Positions 8,429-16,638 of a stretch of 32,000 nt of DNA are shown here, one piece after another (positions within the stretch are counted from its first letter, which is position 1; each line of letters begins with the position of its first letter). Source of the stretch: Massilicoli timonensis (GTDB taxonomy: Bacteria; Bacillota_I; Bacilli_A; Erysipelotrichales; Erysipelotrichaceae); assembly GCF_900199515.1 (NCBI RefSeq), contig NZ_LT963433.1:268150-300149 (forward strand). The letters are read 5' to 3'. The notes beneath the pieces are model-generated. The model searched no databases and was not told the DNA's origin. It saw nothing but the letters and a program-made list of their open reading frames with translations. A program made the position numbers and the translations under genes.

Positions 8429-10186
8429 ATGTACGATAAATGGAATCTCGATATTCTCTATAAGGGGTATGATGATCCCGCATTCCTAAATGACTGGAAA
8501 AAACTGGAACAGATCTTGGAGGAACTGAAACAGTTCGCGAAGGACTGTCAAAAGATGGAAGATCTGAAGATGCTGAAAGAAGCCGTAGCCGTGCTGGAAA
8601 ACTATCATTTGGTAGGTGAACGACTGGGTTCGTTTGTATCGCTGCGGCAGGCGACGGATACGACTGATGCGCAGACGGTATCTTTGATCGCGCGTTTCAG
8701 TAAGCTGGTTAGTCAAAGCGGTGAAGCGGAAGCGATGATCAACAAGCGCATTGCCGCCGTTTCAGATCTTGATGCGCTCATCAAGCAGGATGAAGTGTTA
8801 CAGGAATATGCATACTTATTCCATAACATCAAGGAAGAAAACCGCTATCTGTTAGATGATGCGGTAGAAGGCGTAATCGCAAAATTAAATTTAAGCGGAC
8901 CGAAAGGATGGGAGGATTTACAGCAGTATCTCACCAGTACATTGATCGTTGATTATAAAGGTTCAAATGAAACACTGTCCTCAATTCGCAACATGGCTTA
9001 CAGTGCAGATAAAGAAGTGCGTAAGTCAGCATATGAAGCAGAATTAAAGGCTTACGACAAGATCAAAGAGGCGATCGCCTTCTCTTTGAACAATCTAAAA
9101 TCTTACGTGAATACGATCGTGGAACTGCGTGGTTATGACAGTGCGCTGGATATGACGCTGAAGCAAGCACATATGAAACAGGAAACACTGGACGCCATGT
9201 TTGGAGCAATGAAGCGGTTTATGCCGAAATTCCATGCATACTATCGTCGGAAAGCAGAACTGCTCGGTTACCAAAACGGTCTGCCTTGGTATGAATTATT
9301 TGCGCCGATGGGAGAAAGCAGCCAAGTGTTTACACCGGAAAGCGCTCATCGTTATCTGCTGGATCATTTCAAGAATTTTGATATAGAATTGCATGATATG
9401 ATCGACCGCGCCTTCAAAGAGGAATGGATCGATTTCTTCCCGCGGAGCGGAAAAGTGGGCGGTGCATTCTGTGCGAATCTGACGGCGCAGAAAGTAAGCC
9501 GTGTCTTGACGAATTTCGACGGCGGCTTGGGAGATGTCGTTACTTTGGCGCATGAGCTCGGTCATGCGTTCCATGGGCAGCAGATCGAAAGTCATCGCCC
9601 CTTAAATACCGATTATTCGATGCCGGTTGCGGAAACAGCATCCACCTTCAATGAAAACATCATCATGAATGCGGCGATTGCGGAAACAAGCGATCCGCAG
9701 GAAAAAGCAGCGCTCATTGAAAATCAGCTGCAAGATCTGTCACAGATCATCTGCGACATCTATTCACGTTTCTTATTTGAGGATACGGTGTTCAATCGCT
9801 GTAAAAATGAATTCCTGTTCGCAAAGGATCTGGAGGAAATCATGCTGGAAGCGCAGAAGGAAGCTTATGGAAACGGCTTAGATCATGATGTGCTGCATCC
9901 TTATATGTGGATCTGTAAATCACACTACTATTCCGCACATTTAAGTTACTATAATTTCCCTTATGCCTTCGGTGGTTTGTTTGCACGTGGACTGATCGTA
10001 AAATATCAGCAGGAAGGGAAAGCCTTTGTTGAAAAGTACAAACAGTTACTGCATGCAACGACGGTTGCCGATGTCGAAGAAGTCGCAAAAATGGCTGATA
10101 TTGACTTAACCGATCAAGCGTTTTGGGAAAGCAGTTTACAAACTGCCAGCGATTTGATCGATCAGTATCTGGAACTCACAAAATAA
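8429..10186 (+). CDS. pepF: M3B-family oligoendopeptidase F
   Basis: About 585 aa. HELGHAFH zinc motif and PepF-like N- and C-terminal regions. ATG 8429 is preferred. An extended -10 TGgTATAAT lies at 8394-8402. Confidence 0.9.
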   Translation: MYDKWNLDILYKGYDDPAFLNDWKKLEQILEELKQFAKDCQKMEDLKMLKEAVAVLENYHLVGERLGSFVSLRQATDTTDAQTVSLIARFSKLVSQSGEAEAMINKRIAAVSDLDALIKQDEVLQEYAYLFHNIKEENRYLLDDAVEGVIAKLNLSGPKGWEDLQQYLTSTLIVDYKGSNETLSSIRNMAYSADKEVRKSAYEAELKAYDKIKEAIAFSLNNLKSYVNTIVELRGYDSALDMTLKQAHMKQETLDAMFGAMKRFMPKFHAYYRRKAELLGYQNGLPWYELFAPMGESSQVFTPESAHRYLLDHFKNFDIELHDMIDRAFKEEWIDFFPRSGKVGGAFCANLTAQKVSRVLTNFDGGLGDVVTLAHELGHAFHGQQIESHRPLNTDYSMPVAETASTFNENIIMNAAIAETSDPQEKAALIENQLQDLSQIICDIYSRFLFEDTVFNRCKNEFLFAKDLEEIMLEAQKEAYGNGLDHDVLHPYMWICKSHYYSAHLSYYNFPYAFGGLFARGLIVKYQQEGKAFVEKYKQLLHATTVADVEEVAKMADIDLTDQAFWESSLQTASDLIDQYLELTK

Positions 10187-10207
10187 AAACCGCATGAGCG
10201 GTTTTTA
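10185..10207. terminator. Bidirectional terminator between convergent pepF and ptsI
   Basis: AAAAACCGC-ATGA-GCGGTTTTT. The perfect stem is flanked by an A-run and a T-run. Confidence 0.8.
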
Positions 10208-10224
10208 TTATATCCATATTTTGA

Positions 10225-11925
10225 TTAGTCTACTGTTTTCTTGACCAATTCCAATACTTCTTCGGCAGTTGATAAAGACAGGGCTTCTTCTGCCAATTTC
10301 TCCATTTCTTTTTTGCTTAAAGAGTTTACCATCTTACGGGCTTTCAAAATAGAAGTTGCGGACATGGAGAATTCATCCAGCCCCATACCTAATAACAGCG
10401 GTACCGCATAAGGTTCTCCGGCCATTTCACCGCACATACCGGTCCATTTGCCTTCTTTATGCGCACCGTCGATCGTCATTTTGACCAAACGCAAAATCGA
10501 TGGATTGTATGGCTGATATAAGTAAGATACATGTTCGCTCATACGATCAGCCGCCATGGAGTACTGAATCAGATCGTTGGTGCCGATACTGAAGAAATCA
10601 GCTTCTTTTGCGAAATTGTCCGCATTTACCGCAGCTGCCGGGATTTCCACCATCATACCGACTTCAATATTATCTGCGACCTGAACCCCTTCGGCAATCA
10701 GGTTTGCTTTTTCTTCTTCAAAGATCGCTTTGGCATCACGGAATTCTTTTACCGTCGCAATCATCGGGAACATGATGCAAAGACGTCCATATACGCTGGC
10801 ACGAATCAGTGCGCGCAGCTGTGTACGGAAAATATCAGTGCGATCTAAGCACAAACGAATCGCGCGATAACCCAAAAACGGATTCATTTCTTCCGGGAAC
10901 TGGAAGTAAGACAGCTTCTTGTCGCCGCCGATGTCAAGGGTGCGTACCACTACCTTGCGGCCGCCCATGCCTTCCAATACTTCTTTATAAGCTTCAAACT
11001 GTTCATCTTCGCTTGGGAAATGATCGGCATTCATGTATAAGAATTCCGTACGGAACAAGCCAATGCCTTCCCCACCGTTATTTAATACGCCCTCTACGTC
11101 TTTTACACCGCCGATGTTGCCTGCCAATTCAACCTCATGACCGTCTGTGGAAACAGATTTCGCATGAAGCAGTGCTTTCAGCGCTTCTTTTTCTTCCGCA
11201 AAGGCTTTCGCTTTCGCTTCATATTCTTTTATCGTAGCAGCATCCGGATTGACGATGACATTGCCTTCTACCGCATCTAGGATGACCAGATCCCCATCCT
11301 GTGCAGCTTCCAGCACACCGCTGCATCCAACGACCGCAGGTACTTCCAAGCTTCTCGCCATGATTGCAGAATGACTGGTTCTGCCGCCGATTGCCGTCGC
11401 AAAGCCCTTGGCATATTCATTTAACTGCGCAGTGTCAGATGGTGTTAAATCATAAGCGACAATGATCGAATCTTCATCAATCGCCGATAAATCAGGAATG
11501 CGCAGTCCCAATAAGTTACATTTTAAGCGGAACGTAACATCTTTGATGTCAGCTGCTCTTTCTCTGAAATAGTCGTTATCCATAGATTCAAACATGGCAA
11601 CCATCATCGTCGATACCTGGTCAGCAGCATATTCCGCATTCACATTCTCATTTTCGATCGTTGCAACGATCTGCGATGCCAGCTCCGGATCGGATGCCAT
11701 CATCAAATGTGCATCGAATACCGCCAGCTCCTCCGCTGATAAACGTTTCGCAGCGCGCTCTTTGATTCCCTCGATATCCCTCTTTGTCTTTTCCAGTGCA
11801 TCGTTGAACTTTTTTACTTCATCAGCGGCAACTGCTTCTTTTTTTACGATTTCTACTTTCGGCTGCTCCAGCTTATATACTTTCGCAATCGCAATACCGG
11901 ATGATGCAGCAATACCTTTTAACAT
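10225..11925 (-). CDS. ptsI: Phosphoenolpyruvate-protein phosphotransferase (PTS Enzyme I)
   Basis: 566 aa. [17 protein letters not shown], the phospho-His region [21 protein letters not shown], and the PEP-utilizing TIM barrel [19 protein letters not shown]. Confidence 0.95.
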   Translation of the reverse strand: MLKGIAASSGIAIAKVYKLEQPKVEIVKKEAVAADEVKKFNDALEKTKRDIEGIKERAAKRLSAEELAVFDAHLMMASDPELASQIVATIENENVNAEYAADQVSTMMVAMFESMDNDYFRERAADIKDVTFRLKCNLLGLRIPDLSAIDEDSIIVAYDLTPSDTAQLNEYAKGFATAIGGRTSHSAIMARSLEVPAVVGCSGVLEAAQDGDLVILDAVEGNVIVNPDAATIKEYEAKAKAFAEEKEALKALLHAKSVSTDGHEVELAGNIGGVKDVEGVLNNGGEGIGLFRTEFLYMNADHFPSEDEQFEAYKEVLEGMGGRKVVVRTLDIGGDKKLSYFQFPEEMNPFLGYRAIRLCLDRTDIFRTQLRALIRASVYGRLCIMFPMIATVKEFRDAKAIFEEEKANLIAEGVQVADNIEVGMMVEIPAAAVNADNFAKEADFFSIGTNDLIQYSMAADRMSEHVSYLYQPYNPSILRLVKMTIDGAHKEGKWTGMCGEMAGEPYAVPLLLGMGLDEFSMSATSILKARKMVNSLSKKEMEKLAEEALSLSTAEEVLELVKKTVD

Positions 11926-12021
11926 GAAAAACCCTCCTTAATAACTGTATCCTGTTCGGCAGAGCATCGCTTCATTCCCTTTATGAATGCCCTTACCATA
12001 CAATATATATGATACCATTTT

Positions 12022-12354
12022 TCACATAGTTAGACAATCTAAAAATCTTGTAAGCGCCTCGCTTTTTTCGATTTCGTTATAGATCGGAGCGGCTTTTTCA
12101 TATTGTGGCCGCAAATAGAGCGATTTGATCAATGCCGCATCTTTCTTAGGCATACATAGCAGGATGGCGTCAATGCGTGCGCACAGCTCTTGATTCAAAT
12201 AAGCAGCACCGCTTTCCGCAATCCTTTCTTCATCTGTTTCCTGTGCATGCTCTCGCTTATAAATATGAGCAAGCGTCGCCATGATCTGTTCTTTTTCACA
12301 CAGTGAAAGTAATTGGTGCATTGCCATCCCTCCCCCATTATACCAATACGTCAT
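12022..12354 (-). CDS. Hypothetical small protein (about 100-110 aa), function unknown
   Basis: The ORF has no family I recognise. ILLCMPKKDAALIKSLYLRP vaguely resembles the start of sigma-70 region 4, but no HTH follows. The start is uncertain: ATG 12354 has a weak RBS, while ATG 12327/12321 follows GGGGGAGGG. Confidence 0.5.
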   Translation of the reverse strand: MTYWYNGGGMAMHQLLSLCEKEQIMATLAHIYKREHAQETDEERIAESGAAYLNQELCARIDAILLCMPKKDAALIKSLYLRPQYEKAAPIYNEIEKSEALTRFLDCLTM

Positions 12355-12382
12355 ATTTCTTTTTTTCCTAAAAAGAAAAGAA

Positions 12383-12390
12383 CAAATATG
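12383..12390. repeat. Left copy of the 8-bp target-site duplication CAAATATG
   Basis: Identical octamer abuts the other IS end at 14024-14031. Confidence 0.8.
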
Positions 12391-12392
12391 GG

Positions 12393-12476
12393 CGCTCTAA
12401 ACTTCCGTGTGGGTGTGGGTACGCCCTAAACTTATGTGTGGTATTTTTCAGATACCTCTAACATTTTGTGTGGGTG
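12393..12476 (+). repeat. Three direct subterminal copies of the IS end motif (left end)
   Basis: CGCTCTAAACTTCCGTGTGGGT (12393-12414), CGCCCTAAACTTATGTGTGGTA (12422-12443) and ACCTCTAACATTTTGTGTGGGTG (12454-12476). Confidence 0.8.
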
Positions 12477-12542
12477 AATAAAAAACCTTCGTGATATGAT
12501 TTCTTTGTCGAGAAGAAATTACACGAAGGAGGTATTTAACCT

Positions 12543-13880
12543 ATGAATGATTTTATCACAGATTTATTTAATATTGATAGAAAAAAGATTAAAAAAATGA
12601 ATGTTGTTACTAGTAAGGATAAAACTGAGTTTCATATCGTCTTAAACCACGATGGTGATTTATTTTGTCCTTTTTGTTATGGTGTCGTTCATGCCAATGG
12701 CTATTCGAAACCTAAAATAATCAATCACCCTAAACTAACAGATAGAAAAGCGGTAATTATCTTTTATAACCATCGTTATCAATGCAACGAATGCTTGCGT
12801 ACTTTCTCTGGGAAAAATCCTTTCACTTTTTCTAACTTTAGAAATTCTTATCTTTCTTTTGAAAACATTATGAAGCAGCTTTCTAATTTGAATTATTCAT
12901 ATAAAATGGTAGCTGAGCTGAACCATATCTCTCCTACCCAAGTACAAAGATATTTTGATAGCTTCGTAAACATTCCTAGAATCACTCTACCTGAATCTAT
13001 AGGGATTGATGAGATTCATTCAAAAATGGCAAAACGAAAAGATTCTGCTTATTTATGTGTGATGGTGGATAATAAGAAACGTTCTCTTTTTGAAATACTT
13101 CCATCTCGTTCTAAAGCAGAATTAAAACGTTATTTTGAAAAGATTCCTCAAATAGAACGGAACAACGTAAAATATGTAACCATTGATATGTGGTTTCCTT
13201 ATAAAGAAGTAGCGAATAAGTATTTCCCTAACTGCATTGTAGCTGTTGATCCATTTCATGTTGTCGAACATTTAATGACTAGTTTCCGCCGTATACGTCT
13301 TAATATCATGTATCAGGTAGAATATGGCAGTGATAGTTACTATTTACTCAAAACATGGAAAGACTTAATTGAAAAGAATGTTTTTCTCGATAATGAACCA
13401 GTCTACAATAATCGCTTCAAAATGAAACTAAACAAAAGACAGCTACTTGATTTAATTCTTGAGATTAGTGAAACATTGGCTTTAGGATATCACCTAAAAG
13501 AGATGTATTTAACCTTTAATAAAAATGCAACGGAAGAAAATTGTGAGGAATGGTTCAATTCTATTTTAGAAGCTTTTAAAAAATCAGGAATATCAGAGTT
13601 CCATGATTTTATTCAAACACTTGAAAACTGGAAACCAGAAATTCTTAATTCATTCAAAAGACCTTTTGATGAGCACAAACTAAGCAATGCACTCTGTGAA
13701 AATATCAATGGGCAAATTAGAACATATTTATCTGTATCAAAAGGAGTATCTAATTTTATCCGTTTTAGAAAAAGATGTATTTTTGCTTTAAATCCAAAGG
13801 TTTTCTATTCAATTACAAATCAATTAAAATCTAATAAAGTTCAAGGCAAAAGAAGAGGCAAATATAATAAAAACAAATAA
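12543..13880 (+). CDS. ISL3-family DDE transposase
   Basis: 445 aa. N-terminal zinc-finger cysteines (CPFCYG...H, CNEC) and ISL3-like catalytic blocks GIDEIH, VTIDMW, VDPFHV and ENINGQIR. GAAGGAGG RBS. Confidence 0.9.
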   Translation: MNDFITDLFNIDRKKIKKMNVVTSKDKTEFHIVLNHDGDLFCPFCYGVVHANGYSKPKIINHPKLTDRKAVIIFYNHRYQCNECLRTFSGKNPFTFSNFRNSYLSFENIMKQLSNLNYSYKMVAELNHISPTQVQRYFDSFVNIPRITLPESIGIDEIHSKMAKRKDSAYLCVMVDNKKRSLFEILPSRSKAELKRYFEKIPQIERNNVKYVTIDMWFPYKEVANKYFPNCIVAVDPFHVVEHLMTSFRRIRLNIMYQVEYGSDSYYLLKTWKDLIEKNVFLDNEPVYNNRFKMKLNKRQLLDLILEISETLALGYHLKEMYLTFNKNATEENCEEWFNSILEAFKKSGISEFHDFIQTLENWKPEILNSFKRPFDEHKLSNALCENINGQIRTYLSVSKGVSNFIRFRKRCIFALNPKVFYSITNQLKSNKVQGKRRGKYNKNK

Positions 13881-13906
13881 ATAAATGAATCGTACTTCTC
13901 GACACA

Positions 13907-13957
13907 TAAAAAGGTGGTTCATTAGTACTTACTTGTACTAAATATACCACCTTTTAT
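13907..13957 (+). terminator. Hairpin/terminator downstream of the transposase inside the IS
   Basis: AAAAGGTGGT (13908-13917) pairs with ACCACCTTTT (13946-13955), with an inner AGTAC/GTACT pair, followed by TTTTAT. Confidence 0.6.
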
Positions 13958-13963
13958 CTCATC

Positions 13964-14023
13964 TTAAACCACTCGAAAGTTTAGAGTTCATTTTCTCAAA
14001 ACCACTCGAAAGTTTAGATTACT
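13964..14023 (+). repeat. Two copies of the IS end motif (right end, inverted relative to the left)
   Basis: AAACCACTCGAAAGTTTAGAG (13966-13986) and AAACCACTCGAAAGTTTAGAT (13999-14019). Reverse complement TCTAAACTTTCGAGTGGTTT versus left TCTAAACTTCCGTGTGGGTG. Confidence 0.8.
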
Positions 14024-14031
14024 CAAATATG
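14024..14031. repeat. Right copy of the 8-bp target-site duplication CAAATATG
   Basis: Identical to 12383-12390. Confidence 0.8.
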
Positions 14032-14041
14032 ACATTTGTTC

Positions 14042-14239
14042 TCATCTCAAAAACAATAACCATAAAATCCCGTAGATGACGAGCAGGCAGATTAAAACAG
14101 GAGGTATAAATGTGATGATTGCGGCGATGAACATTGCGAACGCATCGCCTTTTTCAAACTCCACATCAGAAAATTTTTCTTTTAATTCCTGCTCGTCCTT
14201 CATACGCGACTTTATTTTATTTTTCAAACGTGGAAGCAT
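14042..14239 (-). CDS. Small membrane protein (65 aa) at the 3' end of the opp operon
   Basis: Charged N-terminal half (KNKIKSRMKDEQELKEKFSDVEFEKGD) followed by one or two hydrophobic helices (FAMFIAAIITFIPPVLICLLVIYGILWLLFL). The ATG lies 4 nt after the oppF stop, with the AAGGAAG RBS inside the last oppF codons. Confidence 0.6.
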   Translation of the reverse strand: MLPRLKNKIKSRMKDEQELKEKFSDVEFEKGDAFAMFIAAIITFIPPVLICLLVIYGILWLLFLR

Positions 14240-14242
14240 TGA

Positions 14243-15643
14243 TTATTTCTTCCTTAAGTGGCAGGCCACAAAGTGCTGCGGCTCGATTTCCATCCATTCC
14301 GGATTTTTCTCGCGGCAAATATCCATCGCATATTTACATCTCGTATGGAATTTACATCCTTTCGGCGGATTGACCGGACTTGGAATATCGCCTTCCAGAA
14401 TTTGCAGCTCCTTGTTATCGGCATCCGTTGTCGGAATCGCATTGAGCAATGCCTCCGTATAAGGATGCAGCGGATTCTTGAAAATATCCTCGGAACGTGC
14501 CGACTCTACCATATTGCCCAAATACATGACGCCGATACGATCGGAAATATATTTCACGACACTTAGGTCATGTGAAATGAACAGATAGGTCAGATTTTCT
14601 TTCTCTTTCAGTTCCTGAAGCAGGTTCAGGATCTGTGACTGAATGGAAACATCCAACGCCGATACCGCTTCATCACAAACGATGAATTTCGGGTTCAGCG
14701 CTAATGCACGCGCAATACCGATACGCTGACGCTGTCCACCGGAGAACTGGTGCGGATAACGGTGAATGAAATATTTTTCCAGACCGCACTTATCCATGAT
14801 CTCAATGATGTAGTCTTCCAGTTCCTGTGAACCCTTTTTGAACAGCTTATGTCCAACCAGCGGCTCACTGATCAGCTGTCCGACGGTCAAACGCGGATTC
14901 AAAGAAGAATACGGATCCTGGAAAATAATCTGAATATCCTGGCGCAGCAAACGCAACTCTTCTTTTTTCAGCATGCCCAGATCAATACCATGATCCCAAT
15001 ACTGCTCAGCTTTTAAGAAAGCATCGCTCTGTTCGCATTCTTTGCGCATTTCATCTAACTGCGCGCGGATTTCTTCCTGTTTCTTTACCGCCGCTTCATA
15101 AGCAGCGCGATTGGCACTGTCTTTTTCCAGCTTGGCTGCCTCTTCCACTACCTTACAGCCGGCATGGTATTCTTCTAACAAGAGCTTGCCGGCCTTTGCC
15201 AGATCCTTGGCATAGATCAAACCACCGGTCAGATGCACGATCTCATGGAAAACCCGATCCGCATCATCCGCTTTGAAATTGTGATGCGTTTCATCTTCCT
15301 TAACCGCTTTGGCTTTTTCTACCAGTGCATCCAATTTTTTCTTCTGCTCCGGCAAGTTTTTCAAAATTCGTTCTACATATGCCGGTTTATATTCATAAAT
15401 CGTTTTGCCATAGTAGATCGTATTTCCCTGTGTCTGTGGGTACAGCTGCAGCAGGACACGTCCCAGCGTTGATTTTCCACATCCCGATTCACCTACCAAA
15501 CCAAAGGTCTCACCGCGGTTGATATCGATCGTAATGCCGTCATTCGCCTTTACATAAAGCTGCTCCTTCTGCAAAAAGCTGCTCTTTTTTACCGGGAAAT
15601 ATTTTTTTAGGTTATGAATACTGATCAATTTTTCATTTTCCAT
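14243..15643 (-). CDS. oppF: Oligopeptide ABC transporter ATP-binding protein OppF-type, with an insertion of about 140 aa
   Basis: The start was moved to ATG 15643 (MENEKLISIHNLKKYF), which overlaps the oppD stop as TAATG and follows a GGGGGAAAC RBS. Walker A GESGCGKST, signature FSGGQRQR, Walker B FIVCDEAVSALD, and a C-terminal oligo_HPY-type Cys motif. At 466 aa it is longer than the usual roughly 320 aa. Confidence 0.9.
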   Translation of the reverse strand: MENEKLISIHNLKKYFPVKKSSFLQKEQLYVKANDGITIDINRGETFGLVGESGCGKSTLGRVLLQLYPQTQGNTIYYGKTIYEYKPAYVERILKNLPEQKKKLDALVEKAKAVKEDETHHNFKADDADRVFHEIVHLTGGLIYAKDLAKAGKLLLEEYHAGCKVVEEAAKLEKDSANRAAYEAAVKKQEEIRAQLDEMRKECEQSDAFLKAEQYWDHGIDLGMLKKEELRLLRQDIQIIFQDPYSSLNPRLTVGQLISEPLVGHKLFKKGSQELEDYIIEIMDKCGLEKYFIHRYPHQFSGGQRQRIGIARALALNPKFIVCDEAVSALDVSIQSQILNLLQELKEKENLTYLFISHDLSVVKYISDRIGVMYLGNMVESARSEDIFKNPLHPYTEALLNAIPTTDADNKELQILEGDIPSPVNPPKGCKFHTRCKYAMDICREKNPEWMEIEPQHFVACHLRKK

Positions 15644-16632
15644 TATTGTTTCCCCCTTTTCACTGGATGGAAGCATCGAATTGCATGACCCGGACTCACT
15701 TCTTTTAATTCCGGCTCATTTTCACGGCATTCCGCTGTCGCATACTTACAGCGCGGCGCGAATTTACAGCCTTTCGGCAGATTCAATGGATGTGGCACAG
15801 CGCCCGGAATGACCTCTAGCTTTGAACTGCGGTCGGTGTTCAACCGCGGGATCGAAGTCAGAAGGCCTTCAGTATAAGGATGAATATGCTCGCTATCCTG
15901 GAAGATCTTATCGACCGGTGCCGTTTCTACGACCTGTCCGCAATACATAACGGCTACATCATCTGCCATCTGGTTGATAACACCCAAATCATGTGTAATG
16001 AACATGATCGAAGTGCCCATTTCTCTTTTTAATTCATTCATCAGATACAAGATCTGTGCCTGAATGGTAACATCAAGCGCTGTTGTCGGCTCATCGGCAA
16101 TCAGCAGCTTCGGCTTGCAGGCAAGCGCCATCGCGATCATAACACGCTGACGCATACCGCCGGACAGCTGGAACGGATAAGACTTATTTACCTGTTCCGG
16201 ATTGGCGATCTTGACCGCTTTCAGCATTTCAATGCTATGCTGCTCTGCTTCCTTTTTGCTCATGCCCTGATGCAGCATCAGCACTTCCGAAATCTGACGA
16301 TTTACGGTAAAGATCGGATTCAGCGAAGTCATCGGTTCCTGGAAGATCATCGAAATATCGTTGCCACGTACCTTTGACATTTCTTTCGCATTGTAATTGG
16401 AAATCACTTTCCCTTGGAATTTGATTTCACCATCATAAATTTTCTGATTTTTTTCAAATAACTTCAAGATGCTCATCGCCGTTTGGCTCTTGCCGCTGCC
16501 GGACTCACCCACGACGCCAAGCGTATGTCCCTCTTCAATCGACAATGAAACTCCGTTTACTGCTTTGATCAGCCCGCGCTTCGTTTCAAAATACGTATGA
16601 AGGTTATTGATTTCTAGTAATTTTGCCATCAT
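15643..16632 (-). CDS. oppD: Oligopeptide ABC transporter ATP-binding protein OppD-type
   Basis: 329 aa. Walker A GESGSGKSQ, signature LSGGMRQR, Walker B LLIADEPTTALD, and C-terminal CKFAPRCKYATAEC. Confidence 0.93.
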   Translation of the reverse strand: MMAKLLEINNLHTYFETKRGLIKAVNGVSLSIEEGHTLGVVGESGSGKSQTAMSILKLFEKNQKIYDGEIKFQGKVISNYNAKEMSKVRGNDISMIFQEPMTSLNPIFTVNRQISEVLMLHQGMSKKEAEQHSIEMLKAVKIANPEQVNKSYPFQLSGGMRQRVMIAMALACKPKLLIADEPTTALDVTIQAQILYLMNELKREMGTSIMFITHDLGVINQMADDVAVMYCGQVVETAPVDKIFQDSEHIHPYTEGLLTSIPRLNTDRSSKLEVIPGAVPHPLNLPKGCKFAPRCKYATAECRENEPELKEVSPGHAIRCFHPVKRGKQ

Positions 16633-16638
16633 TCACAC

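Larger units (their letters stand above)
12391..14023 (+). mobile_element. Intact ISL3-family insertion sequence (1633 bp)
   Basis: Single 445-aa ISL3-type transposase. Imperfect terminal inverted repeats: GGCGCTCTAAACTTCCGTGTGG at the left end versus the reverse complement AGTAATCTAAACTTTCGAGTGG at the right end. Perfect 8-bp direct repeats flank the element, which is the duplication size typical of ISL3. By eye the element is markedly more AT-rich than its flanks. Confidence 0.9.

Noticed and set aside
14076-15522. Several plus-strand ORFs (14076..14462, 14134..14373, 14258..14566, 15233..15472, 15325..15522)
   Set aside because: All are antisense shadows within oppF or the small membrane gene. 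No RBS is present, and the real minus-strand genes have unambiguous ABC motifs.
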